Origin: Octopus bimaculoides
Lineage: Eukaryota
Reading direction: 5' to 3'
Length of the DNA stretch: 64,000 bases
Assembly: GCF_001194135.2 (NCBI RefSeq)
Contig: NC_069007.1
Coordinates: 10,840,486 to 10,904,485 of the forward strand
Both the position numbers and the translations under genes were made by a program. Of this stretch, positions 37,165-49,170 are shown piece by piece (the first letter of the stretch is position 1; each line of letters begins with the position of its first letter). The notes below the pieces were generated by a model, which worked only from the letters and a program-made list of their open reading frames with translations, had not been told where the DNA came from and ran no database searches.

Positions 37165-37699
37165 NNNNNNNNNNNNNNNNNNNNNNNNNNNNNNNNNNNN
37201 NNNNNNNNNNNNNNNNNNNNNNNNNNNNNNNNNNNNNNNNNNNNNNNNNNNNNNNNNNNNNNNNNNNNNNNNNNNNNNNNNNNNNNNNNNNNNNNNNNNN
37301 NNNNNNNNNNNNNNNNNNNNNNNNNNNNNNNNNNNNNNNNNNNNNNNNNNNNNNNNNNNNNNNNNNNNNNNNNNNNNNNNNNNNNNNNNNNNNNNNNNNN
37401 NNNNNNNNNNNNNNNNNNNNNNNNNNNNNNNNNNNNNNNNNNNNNNNNNNNNNNNNNNNNNNNNNNNNNNNNNNNNNNNNNNNNNNNNNNNNNNNNNNNN
37501 NNNNNNNNNNNNNNNNNNNNNNNNNNNNNNNNNNNNNNNNNNNNNNNNNNNNNNNNNNNNNNNNNNNNNNNNNNNNNNNNNNNNNNNNNNNNNNNNNNNN
37601 NNNNNNNNNNNNNNNNNNNNNNNNNNNNNNNNNNNNNNNNNNNNNNNNNNNNNNNNNNNNNNNNNNNNNNNNNNNNNNNNNNNNNNNNNNNNNNNNNNN

Positions 37700-37737
<38 letters not shown>

Positions 37738-38174
37738 ACACACATATGTATATGCACATAAACAGATACATATATATATGATGCATGCAGACAATAGGTG
37801 AAAGCTAGATATGCTTAGTATAGAAAACATGTAGTAGTGTTAAATTGAATTTGAATTTAAGCTCCAAATTCTTCATCCAGAACTAGATCCATGGCATCGA
37901 AGATGGTTATAAGAGAAATTCGAGACTAGCTAATAAGAAGGTAGTGATGCAGATAAATACAGTTAGGCTTCCCACACAAACACACACACACACATACATG
38001 TGCGTACACACACTCACACACATACACAGGCCCATATATCCATGTATATTCAGGAAAATAAACACACACACATACTCACACACACTCACACACATACACA
38101 GGCACACATATATCTATATATATATTCAGGAAAATAAACACACATACACACATATATACGTGGTGATATATCAT

Positions 38175-38439
38175 GCTTGTGTAGACTTGTCAAACCGAGT
38201 GAGACCGTAGTTGTGGCCGATGCTAGTGTCAGCTCAATGGCACTCATGCCAATGGGATGTAAGGAACACTCATCACACTCGCAGAGTGGTTGGCATTAGG
38301 AACGGCGTCCAGCTGTAGAGAGCATGCCAAATCAAATTGGGACCTGGTGCAGCTCCCCAGCTTATCAGTTTTCAGTCAAACCGTCCAACCCATGCCAGCA
38401 TGGAAAACGGACGTTAAATGATGTTGATGATGATGATAA

Positions 38440-38479
<40 letters not shown>

Positions 38480-38740
38480 TCATCATCATCATAATTTAAC
38501 GTCCGTTCTCCATGCTGACATAGGTTGGACAGTTTGGCTGAGGTCTGGAGAGCCAACAGCTGCACCAGGCTCCAATCTGATCTGGCAACCACTCCGAAAG
38601 TGTAGTGGTTGCCTTTTACATGCCACTGGCGCAGGAGCCAGCCAGGGGGCACTGGCATCGGTTACATTCAGATAGTGCTTTTTACGAGCCACCAGCATGG
38701 GAACCAGTCAGGCAGCCCTGGCATCAATCACGTTTGGATA
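38175..38740. mobile_element. Two RTE-tail copies, tail-to-tail inverted around (TA)n
   Basis: The + copy ends catggaaaacggacgttaaatgatg (38430). The - copy begins atcatcataatttaacgtccgttctccatgc (38477). Confidence 0.85.
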
Positions 38741-38972
38741 GTATATATACAGACACAAATATATTTACCTAAAGCATAAGAAATACAGACATAAGAAGAG
38801 AATACATACTTTCTAAACTCCATAGCTGTTTCGGAAATTTAGGAGTTACATAGTAATCGTTATATTCACAATATGCAGATGGAATATGCAAATTGTCTTG
38901 GGTGGGCAACCAGTAAACAGCCACATGGAAATATCTCCTAATATAATAATGAGTGTAGTGTTTTTATATATT

Positions 38973-39010
<38 letters not shown>

Positions 39011-40559
39011 TCTTTGTTACAATATCATAAATCAGGAGAAGAGCATATCCCATAAAATATAGAGCAGTTATTTATTTGTGTATGTGTAACAAGTTTAGAA
39101 AGAAACCCATTGGTTTCATATCTAACGTGAACTAGACATCTCTTCAGTTTCTCTAAACAGTAACCATTCTCTGCAAAGAATGTCTGTTTTAAAACACAAG
39201 AATGCTGGTGATAGTTCTTTAAAACTCTGGCCAGATGAGTTGTCTTCCTTCGCTTGATAGCTAGGTTTTCCAATTTTGAAGTAAAAATTTCCAAAAATGT
39301 GAACAACTCCCCATACATATATATACACAACTCCCCACATTGCTAGAGAAAGCAGGCATATCTTTGAAGGTGAGATATATTGAATGCATTCGACAAAACC
39401 TATGGAAAAAATTATGAGGTTATGAACGGATCTTTTATGAAATATTTACCGTATTTTTAAAGTCATTTTCACTTTAAAATATTTTTTAAGTATGCCAAAA
39501 ATAATTTTTGTAATAGTATTCACTTGAAAATAATTAAAAAAAAAACATAAAAAATATTGTCTGTTTAAAGAAAGCTAAAATATAAATACTTACTGTACTT
39601 ACATTTTTGAAATCACATTCACTTAAAGATATTTCTAAATGATTAAAATATTGTGTTTAACAAAAGCGAAAATAGAAATATTTACTGTAAAAAACATATA
39701 ATATTTGTCAAGTACTGTGTCTGATCAAAAGGTAAGAGTTTCTTCCCTTTCAGTGTTAAGTTATTTTCAGAATATTTTCCCATTATCCACCATTTTGAGT
39801 ATTTATACTCCAAAAACCCCTAATATCTCAACAACCACTTGTCCAATTTAAGTGAAATTTGTTTTATTCCGTTTGTATTAACAATTCTGGGGAAACTTAA
39901 TTCATAGTATTTTCCCATTATGCACCAGTTTGGCTGGATAAGGCTGCAAGCAGAAGCTCCACAGTAAGTTTCTAATTGCCTATTTTTGGAGGACTATAAA
40001 AGACTATAAAAGGAAAAATAGAAAGTGAATTTCAGTTTGTAATAATCACTGAGTGAATGAGTTGAAATGTCATCACTGATTAGATAATATGGAATAAAGG
40101 TATTTTATTGCCTGACAATATAACCAGTATTTGAGAAATAGGAGGGACAAGTTAGGCTAAAACTCAAAACAATAGAAATATATGACACAAAATTGTATGA
40201 TGGACATAAGACTACATAAAAATGCTTTAAAAGTTGATACTGAAAGATTTGTAAAAAATATAAAGTGCAAAGGAAATAATTTAAGATATATCAAGTGAAA
40301 CTGAGTAATAATGGATAAAACTAAAATACATTTGTGTATTCAAAACAACACACACATGAAATAATATTTCTTTTTTAACTAAAAAGTGTCGAAGTGAGAC
40401 AGACAGAAAGAGAAAAAAACAAATAGCAACTTAAAATTAGCTATAAAGTAATACATAACTTTCTAGTTTCTACATTTCAGCTACAAACCATATAATTTAT
40501 GTCAATCTAAAATGATTTAGAAATAAAGCTGGCATCCTTAGTAGAACTATTGAAGAATC

Positions 40560-40712
40560 GTGTGTGGTAAGAAGCTTACTTCTCAACCACATTGTTCTGG
40601 GTTCAGTCCCACTGTGTGGCACCTTGGGTAAGTGTCTCCTCCTATAGCCTCAGGCTGACCAAAGCCTTGTGAGTGGATTTGGTAGATGGAAACTGAAAGA
40701 AACCTGTTGTGC

Positions 40713-40750
<38 letters not shown>

Positions 40751-40950
40751 TTGTCCCCCACCATTGCTTAACAACCGATGTTGGTGTGTTTATGTCCCCA
40801 TACATTAGTGGTTCGGCAAAAAAAGATCAATAGAATAAGTACTATGCTTATAAGGAATAAGTCCTGGGGTCAATTTGTTAAACTAAAGGCGGTGCTCCAG
40901 CATGGCTGCAGTCAAATGACTGAAACAAGTAAGAGAATAAAAGAGAAAAA
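40560..40950 (+). mobile_element. SINE family A
   Basis: Full-length match. Confidence 0.9.
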
Positions 40951-40959
40951 AAAGAACAT

Positions 40960-40993
<34 letters not shown>

Positions 40994-41219
40994 CTGATTA
41001 TTTAATCTAATTATGGCTTTAAAATTATTTTGTTTGTAAAAGCTGGAAATGGAAATGTATAAAAAAATCTGGTTGTTGATATAGTTTGACATTCTTTGTG
41101 TATATCTGTGCATTGATGACTTGTTTTTAAGGGCATTATGCAATATGCATATATGGGTGTGTACATGTGGGTCGGAAGGTAGGTAGGTAGGTAGGTAGGT
41201 AGGTAGGTAGATAGATGTG

Positions 41220-41552
41220 AAGGCGCATGGCTCAGTGGTTAGAGCATTGAACTTATGATCACGAGGCTGTGAGTTTGAATCCCGGACCAGGCTATGTGTT
41301 GTGTTCTTGATCAAGACACTTTATTTCACGTCGCTCCAGTTCACTCAGCTGTAGAAATGAGTTGCGATGTCACTGGAACCAAGCTGTATCAGCCTTTGCT
41401 TTTTCCTTGGATAACATCAGTGGCATGGAGAGGGGAGGCTGGCATGCATGGGTGACTGCTGGTCTTCCACAAACAACCTTGCCTGGACTTGTGCCTCGGA
41501 GGGTAACTTTCTAGGTGCAATCCCATGGTCATTCATGAACGAAGGGGGTCTC
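41220..41552 (+). mobile_element. tRNA-derived SINE family D (CORE-like central part)
   Basis: GGCGCATGGCTCAGTGGTTAGAGC head; central ttga(g/t)caagacactttatttca...cagctgtagaaatgagt. Second copy at 46052-46385. Confidence 0.85.
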
Positions 41553-41887
41553 TGAGGTAAGTAGGTAGGTAAGTAAGTGTGAAGGTGGGTATGTGTGAGG
41601 GGGTATGCACAAAAATATAAAAGGTAAAGTAAGAAGGACAGTGGAATGCAGGTAAGCCCATACAAATAAATATATGTAATATGTACAATTCTAAAACACA
41701 TCAACAGATGGATCTGCACACATGCACACATAAGCACACACATCCACACACACATCATGCATACACATGTGCATACACTATGCATACACACATCAAGCAT
41801 ACACACATCAAGCATACACACATGACATGCATACACACGTACACATGCCATGTATACACACATACACACACCATGCATACGCACACC

Positions 41888-42112
41888 ATGCTGGCAGAAA
41901 CGTTAGCACGCCGGGCGAAACGCTTAGCTGTATTTCGTCTGCCGCTACGTTCCAAGTTCAAATTCCGCCGAGGTCGACTTTGCCTTTCATCCTTTCGGGG
42001 TCGATTAAATAAGTACCAGTTACGCACTGGGGTCGATATAATCGACTTAATCCGTTTGTCTGTCCTTGTTTGTCCCCTCTGTGTGTAGCCCCTTGTGGGT
42101 AGTAAAGAAATA
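41888..42112 (+). mobile_element. SINE B inserted in an (ACACATGC)-type complex satellite
   Basis: Young-looking full copy with similar satellite on both flanks. Confidence 0.9.
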
Positions 42113-42689
42113 ACACATGTACACACGACATGCATACACATGTACACATGCCACACACACACACTTACACACACCATGCATACACACATACACATGCCAT
42201 GTCACACATGTACACATGCCATGCGTACACACATACACAGACATGCACAGGCACACACGCACACACACACACACACAAGCATTTACTCTCACCTTTATAT
42301 CCTCTTCTAAGCAAACACACATCTACACATACACATACAAGCATGCATACGCATAGACACAAAAACCAACTCTCAGACCTTGAAGCAATGGGAGAAGTCA
42401 TTAAGTCACTGAAAAGGTTGCTAACAGATATGAAAGAACTTTGACAAACATCTGACTGATTGTTTAACCAACATATTACACAAATGATTGATTAGTTAGT
42501 TGGTTAGATATTTAAGCAACTGACAATAAAGAAGTGGAATTGAACCCGTGCATGTGTTGCTTATTATTGGTGTAATGACCGTCCCAAGACAAAACAATAT
42601 ATATACATAAATACATATACATACGTGCATACACTGATAAATATTTTGGTGGTGGTGGCTTTATCTTGTATCCAAGAATTCATTTTCTT

Positions 42690-42960
42690 CTTTGCTGAAT
42701 GCTTCCTTTATGGTGATGGCATTGATTACTATGCAAACCAATTCTTGCATAGAAGAGCCAATAGCACTGACTGCATGTTAATATTGGTGGAGGACGAGGT
42801 TGATCCTGTCAAGCCTTTCTCTCCTGCTATTGAATTTCTTTCTTTTCTTTTCTGGTGACTTTGAAGTTTTTGGTTCCGATGGTGAATGCATGGGATAAAT
42901 TATCTCTAAATGCAAATTTGTTTTTTTCTGAGTCAAGTTATACACTACTGCGATCATCAG
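42690..42960 (-). mobile_element. RTE (BovB-like) ORF C-terminus
   Basis: ...QERKA*QDQPRPPPILTCSQCYWLFYARIGLHSNQCHH matches the terminal 'TC..C.R.F.ARIGL.SH.R.H' zinc finger. Confidence 0.7.
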
Positions 42961-43454
42961 GTGAACCATTTCCACAGGATTTTAGCTGGTTTATACACGC
43001 TGGAGTAGGTTTATTCATTTGTGTATATCTACTATATTCATTGGCTGGTTTCTAAATAAAGTTTTTTTTATGAAGTTGTCAATGGTTTTTGACTGTTTCT
43101 TTTGCCAATTCATTGGTCTTTCTGTTTACAATGGTAGCTATTATGGCTGGACTGCTTTTGCATTTTAATTCTCATTTTTATCATTTTTCATCAAAACAAT
43201 AAACAAATAAGCAAAAATAGGATATGGCAATGTTATTGACAAGTAGATACAGAATGACTACTAAATCAGGCAATGAAAAGTAAAATATAGACAAACAACT
43301 CTGGCAAAACAGGATAGAATTTAACAAAATAGAATATAATTCAATTATTGGCAAGTGGTGCAGGATGACTATTATGTTTGCCAATAAAAAGCAATATATA
43401 TATATGAGTGTGTGTGTGTATACAAATATACATATATATATATATACATACATA

Positions 43455-43665
43455 TATCATCATCATCATCATCACAGTCGTTTAACATCCACTTTCCATG
43501 CTGGCATGGGTTGGACGGTTTGACTGAGGGCTGGCAAGCCAGAAGGCTGCACCAGGTTCCAATCCGATCAGGCAAAATTTCTACAGCTGGATGCCCTTCC
43601 TAATGCCAACCACTCTGATAATGTAGTCGGTGCTTTTTACGTGCCACCAGCACGGGAGCCAGTCA
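43455..43665 (-). mobile_element. RTE-clade 3' tail repeat
   Basis: Match to other copies. Confidence 0.85.
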
Positions 43666-43689
43666 TAGTGTTGACCGCCTTCTATGCCA

Positions 43690-43990
43690 TGTTACCCTTA
43701 ACAAGATCATAAAGCATGGCCTAGATACTGAAGGTTTCCCTTCTCAGCTCAAGCACACAGGGATGGACCAAGGGGATGGTGGAAGGCCGGACGGTATGAC
43801 AATTTTCTTGTTCCATGGTGGTAGACTCCTCATCTGGTATGCCACACTCTGTGACACCTTCTCCAGTGGCAACTTGGTGTTGTCAGCTACCAGTCTAGGC
43901 CCCCACTACTCATCAGGATGAGAAACATAAATGGTCAAGATATCAGTGACTCTCTGACAGGTTGAGCCTGTAAGTTGAGACTTCTGGTTA
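43690..43990 (+). mobile_element. CRE-clade-like RLE endonuclease fragment
   Basis: NKIIKHGLDTEGFPSQL...DQGDGGRPDGMTIF...GRLLIWYATLCDTFSSG...ETSG matches 'NDIIKRAL..AG.PS.LEP....DGKRPDGMTL.PW..G..L.WD.T..DT.A...VET.G'. Confidence 0.7.
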
Positions 43991-44095
43991 TCCTAAATAA
44001 CTCAAATACAAAGAATTTTGCTTCTCGCAATATAGAAACATTTGTCATGGCCCCAGCAGACAAAATGGAAAAGGCGTAGTGTTTATATATATATA

Positions 44096-45480
44096 CTAGC
44101 AGAAATACCCGGCGTTGCCCGGGTTAAAGAGAATAATGAAATCTAAAAACGCCGTCTAGACTACGCATCATCTTTATATATAGAGATGTATATACACACA
44201 CGCACCCAAACACACGTATATATATGTATATCAATATAAATATATGAAAGTCAATGAAGTTTCGTAAAAGAAGGTGATCATGTACATACTTTCTTGCTGT
44301 TGTGATTATAACACCTCATTGTAAACTATGTTCCTTGTTTTCTCTTGTGGAGCATATACAAATAGGTTTTTTGTTGCTGCCCACTCTTGAGCAGCCAACA
44401 TACAGTTGTCCATGTGAGANNNNNNNNNNNNNNNNNNNNNNNNNNNNNNNNNNNNNNNNNNNNNNNNNNNNNNNNNNNNNNNNNNNNNNNNNNNNNNNNN
44501 NNNNNNNNNNNNNNNNNNNNNNNNNNNNNNNNNNNNNNNNNNNNNNNNNNNNNNNNNNNNNNNNNNNNNNNNNNNNNNNNNNNNNNNNNNNNNNNNNNNN
44601 NNNNNNNNNNNNNNNNNNNNNNNNNNNNNNNNNNNNNNNNNNNNNNNNNNNNNNNNNNNNNNNNNNNNNNNNNNNNNNNNNNNNNNNNNNNNNNNNNNNN
44701 NNNNNNNNNNNNNNNNNNNNNNNNNNNNNNNNNNNNNNNNNNNNNNNNNNNNNNNNNNNNNNNNNNNNNNNNNNNNNNNNNNNNNNNNNNNNNNNNNNNN
44801 NNNNNNNNNNNNNNNNNNNNNNNNNNNNNNNNNNNNNNNNNNNNNNNNNNNNNNNNNNNNNNNNNNNNNNNNNNNNNNNNNNNNNNNNNNNNNNNNNNNN
44901 NNNNNNNNNNNNNNNNNNNNNNNNNNNNNNNNNNNNNNNNNNNNNNNNNNNNNNNNNNNNNNNNNNNNNNNNNNNNNNNNNNNNNNNNNNNNNNNNNNNN
45001 NNNNNNNNNNNNNNNNNNNNNNNNNNNNNNNNNNNNNNNNNNNNNNNNNNNNNNNNNNNNNNNNNNNNNNNNNNNNNNNNNNNNNNNNNNNNNNNNNNNN
45101 NNNNNNNNNNNNNNNNNNNNNNNNNNNNNNNNNNNNNNNNNNNNNNNNNNNNNNNNNNNNNNNNNNNNNNNNNNNNNNNNNNNNNNNNNNNNNNNNNNNN
45201 NNNNNNNNNNNNNNNNNNNNNNNNNNNNNNNNNNNNNNNNNNNNNNNNNNNNNNNNNNNNNNNNNNNNNNNNNNNNNNNNNNNNNNNNNNNNNNNNNNNN
45301 NNNNNNNNNNNNNNNNNNNNNNNNNNNNNNNNNNNNNNNNNNNNNNNNNNNNNNNNNNNNNNNNNNNNNNNNNNNNNNNNNNNNNNNNNNNNNNNNNNNN
45401 NNNNNNNNNNNNNNNTGCGTAGTTCTCGAGTTTTAGGGATTCAGACAGACAGACAGACACACATTCTCATTTATATATAT
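44096..45480 (-). mobile_element. Helitron remnant spanning a gap: 5' end, helicase C-terminus, 3' hairpin + CTAG
   Basis: 44306-44419 translates to SHGQLYVGCSRVGS..NLFVYAPQEKTRNIVYNEVL* (RepHel C-terminus, one frameshift). Hairpin CCCGGCGTTGCCCGGG lies at 44108-44123 and terminal CTAG|T at 44096. A 5'-type sequence lies at 45417-45480. Confidence 0.8.
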
Positions 45481-45499
45481 ATATATATATATATTTATA

Positions 45500-45662
45500 T
45501 TTTTTTTCTCCGTGTTTTTCTCCTTGTCTCCGTATTCTTTCTGTTGAAGAGCGTAGCTCGAAACGTCAAAGACTTTCCGTATTCCCGAGCGTCATACTAA
45601 TATATACTTTTGTTATTTACACCACCTGTCCTCGTCTGTTGTTATTTTTTGTATATTCTCCC
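45500..45662 (+). mobile_element. Short (TA)n-flanked Penelope-LTR-like element with hammerhead-like motif
   Basis: tcttt-CTGTTGA-A-GAGC-gta-GCTC-GAAAC-GTC-aaaga at 45536-45572. Confidence 0.6.
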
Positions 45663-45853
45663 ATATATATATATATATATATATACACATATGTGTGTGT
45701 GTTACGTTGAATTTAACACACAAAGTTTGCTTTAGAAGTGTTGAGATGTATTGAAAGATAAAGAAATAATTTTATTCTCCAATGCAGGATAATGCTAATA
45801 ACACAGCACGAACAGGATAAACTATCCATATTTTGCAGAAAAATCTGTTGGCG

Positions 45854-45924
45854 GCCAGCCATGAGACTCGAACTCACATCCCTGTGATTACACATCAAGT
45901 GCCTTACCATTAAGCTAAACTGCC
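45854..45924 (-). pseudogene. Degenerate tRNA-like sequence (Thr-TGT-like; pseudogene or SINE head)
   Basis: A box TAGCTTAATGG, B box GAGTTCGAGTC, intact D and T stems. The anticodon stem is disrupted and position 33 is G. Confidence 0.55.
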
Positions 45925-46051
45925 CAGCGACAAATTCTTCTGCAATTTTAGGATACATAAATCTAACTTTGTAAGACACTATCATACATTAAATTCAGCT
46001 TATGTTGAAAGTCAACAAAGGTTGCTTTACAAGCATTGAGATGTATGTAAA

Positions 46052-46385
46052 AGCGCATGGCTCAGTGGTTAGAGCCTTGACTGTGAGGTCATGAGTTTAA
46101 TTCCCGGACTGGTCTGTGTGTTGTGTTCTTGAGCAAGACACTTTATTTCATATTGCACCAGTTCACCCAGCTGTAGAAATGAGTTGCGATGTCACTGGTG
46201 CCAAGCTGTATCAGCCCCATTTTGCCTTTCCCTTGGATAACATCAGTGGCATGAAGAGGGGAAGCTGGTATGAATGGGTTACTGCTGGTCTTCCATAAAA
46301 CAACCTTGCCTGGACTTGTACCTCAGAGGGTAACTTTCTAGGTGCAATCCCATGGTCGTTCATGAATGAAGGAGGTCACCCCTTA
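46052..46385 (+). mobile_element. SINE family D
   Basis: Match to 41220-41552. Confidence 0.85.
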
Positions 46386-46608
46386 TATATATATAAGATN
46401 NNNNNNNNNNNNNNNNNNNNNNNNNNNNNNNNNNNNNNNNNNNNNNNNNNNNNNNNNNNNNNNNNNNNNNNNNNNNNNNNNNNNNNNNNNNNNNNNNNNN
46501 NNNNNNNNNNNNNNNNNNNNNNNNNNNNNNNNNNNNNNNNNNNNNNNNNNNNNNNNNNNNNNNNNNNNNNNNNNNNNNNNNNNNNNNNNNNNNNNNNNNN
46601 NNNNNNNN

Positions 46609-46642
<34 letters not shown>

Positions 46643-48329
46643 ATTTGTCCAAAATACGATGGAGTAGGAGAAAGAGTAGTATAAGTGAAGGGAGAGGAGA
46701 AAAAATAGTAGTTCAGTGAAGGAGAAATAGTGAGAGTAATAGTCCTGACTGAGAGTGAGTGAGAGAAAGTTATAGCAATGAGAGAAAGGAAGGGGTGAAA
46801 GATGAATAAGGAAGGAAGGGGTGAAAAAAAATCATCTCTGTGTGAGTATATGTGTATATGTAAAAGGAAGATATGTGAATGTTTGCATGTGTATGTGTGC
46901 GTGCAATGGAAATGGGATGGTGAATGTTCAATACTGAAAAGAAAAATCAAACAGCGTTTCACCTCAGTGTGTGTATAAGTGTGTATGTGTGTGCGTGTAC
47001 AAGGGACGTATATGAATGTTTGTATGTGTGAGTATTATGTACCTTATTTTCTACCTTATTTATGTATAAAATACAACAATTAGCCATCATTTTTGACGAC
47101 TCAGGGTCAGCTAGTACTATTATAAATGCCAATAATAATACACACTCTAGTAACTACCATAGCCACTAACACTAGCTTAACTATTAAAAGATAGTTACGT
47201 TAGTGTTAACATTTGATGTAGGGAGTATTAAAAACTCGTTATTTGCACTGTGTGTATGGTGAGATCTAAAATGATGATTAGCATAATTTATTCTTGATAT
47301 TTTTTGGCAAATTTGAATATGAATATGTTAGTCATTGTTGTGTACATCGCAGAAGAAATTTCCCATTTACAACTACAATGTGTTCGTAACACTCAGTTCT
47401 TTTGGTGCAAAGGATTCTGTGTTCATTATTTGCACTGTGTCTTAAAAAGTTGATGAGAAATAATAATGTAGAGAGACAGATAATTAAGTTAGTATTAACA
47501 AAGTTTTGGAAACTTGGCCAAAAAGAAAATTCACATTTATAACTTTGCTTATTACAATGATTAAAAAGAGATGAGTGTTTTCTAGTTTTAGTTAGATTCT
47601 GAGATAATCGAATTGAATACTTAATCAATCAAACAAACAAACCATACAAAAACAGAGGCAGTTAATTTTTTTTTTTTTATTGTAAGGATGAATATATTGG
47701 ATGAAGAATGTGTGTAGTTTGAGGGAGAATGGTAGCAGTGCACAAATTTAGTATTCAGTATCCATCCTTTGTTTCAATTTGATATTTTATTAAGAGAAAG
47801 ACAATATATATTTCTTTGTGTTATTCAGTACAACCCCCTTCAGAAATAAATAAAATAAATCTTTGGTCAGAAATATGTGAGATGCCTCACATGTATACAC
47901 GAGAGATTCTGTTTGTGTTTCTTTGAATAGCTGCACAAACTTCTTGTTAGTAATCTATCTTCACCGATATCCTGTTTTATTTATTTGATTGCAAACACAG
48001 CTTTGTTTCAGGTGAAAAGAAATCAATGTTTTCTACATGTCGTGATAAATAAATATTTATTCAATGAATATAAAACTCTACAGAAATAGTGATGGTAAAA
48101 ATTGAAAAATCGAAAATTAGAGAATAAGTGCAAAATATAAATCCTTCCTATCTCTCTGGGGATTGTAAGTGCTGGGTGGGGTGTGACTTCCATTTTCTTC
48201 GTAGGAAGTAGATGATAGATAAACCTCATTAGACTGGCTCAAAAACTTCCCTCACTCTTATAAATACTCTTCATATATCTGCCTCCTTTTCACCATTTCC
48301 TGAACTTCTCCAGTCATCAATAGCTTTTT

Positions 48330-48640
48330 CATTATTGCCTGTCACAAGTTTCACTGGAATATCATACATCACAACTTGTGATTTACATTGGTTTATGACT
48401 GGCTGTTTCCTATATTCAATGAGTCCACTGTTCTAATTCACAAAAATGAGAGACTGGACATTCTTGGATTAAAACAAATCTGCTGCAGATGTCAACTGTT
48501 ATAACTCTGGCATTTATTTGAGCGGTGCCTCAGTTTTGTCAGTTTCTTTGGTGCTAGAAACAATTTTCTCATTTGTTAACCAGTTCAGTGATGTCTTCAG
48601 ACATCCCAGGCCATAACAAAAGTTTGCTTTCTATCTTTGG
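48330..48640 (-). mobile_element. Ty3/Gypsy integrase relic
   Basis: LWPGMSEDITELVNK*ENC...AADLF...LIFVN...YDIPVKLVTGN matches integrase 'FWPGM..DI...V..C..C...DLF...L..VDY...GIP..LVTDN'. Confidence 0.7.
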
Positions 48641-48709
48641 ACATAATGAAGAACATGACTTTAGTTTAGCGTTTGTCATCTCATTACCTTTGGAACACTA
48701 GAACAATAG

Positions 48710-49139
48710 GTGCAGGCATGGCTGTGTGGTAAGAAGCTTGTTTCCCAACCACATGGTTCTGGGTTCAGTCCTACTGCATGGCAATTTGGGCAAGTGTCTT
48801 CTACTTTAGCCTCAGGCTGACCAAAGCCTTGTGAGTGGATTAGGTAGGCAGAAACTGAAAGAAGCCCGTTGTGTATATATATATATATGTATAGTAGACT
48901 TACTTGCAAAAAAGGACGTGTGCGTTCAATAATGTAATAATACAAAGAATATATATACATGTATACACACATATATGTACATACTTACATCTACATGTGT
49001 ATATACATGCATATCAGGGTACAGGACGTTAGAACAATAAACTACAGACAACGGAACGAACATATAGGAAAACGGAAAGCCACTTGGAATATCCCTTCAT
49101 CAGCTGTCTCTATTCTATCTAGACGTTTCGAAGACATAA

Positions 49140-49170
<31 letters not shown>

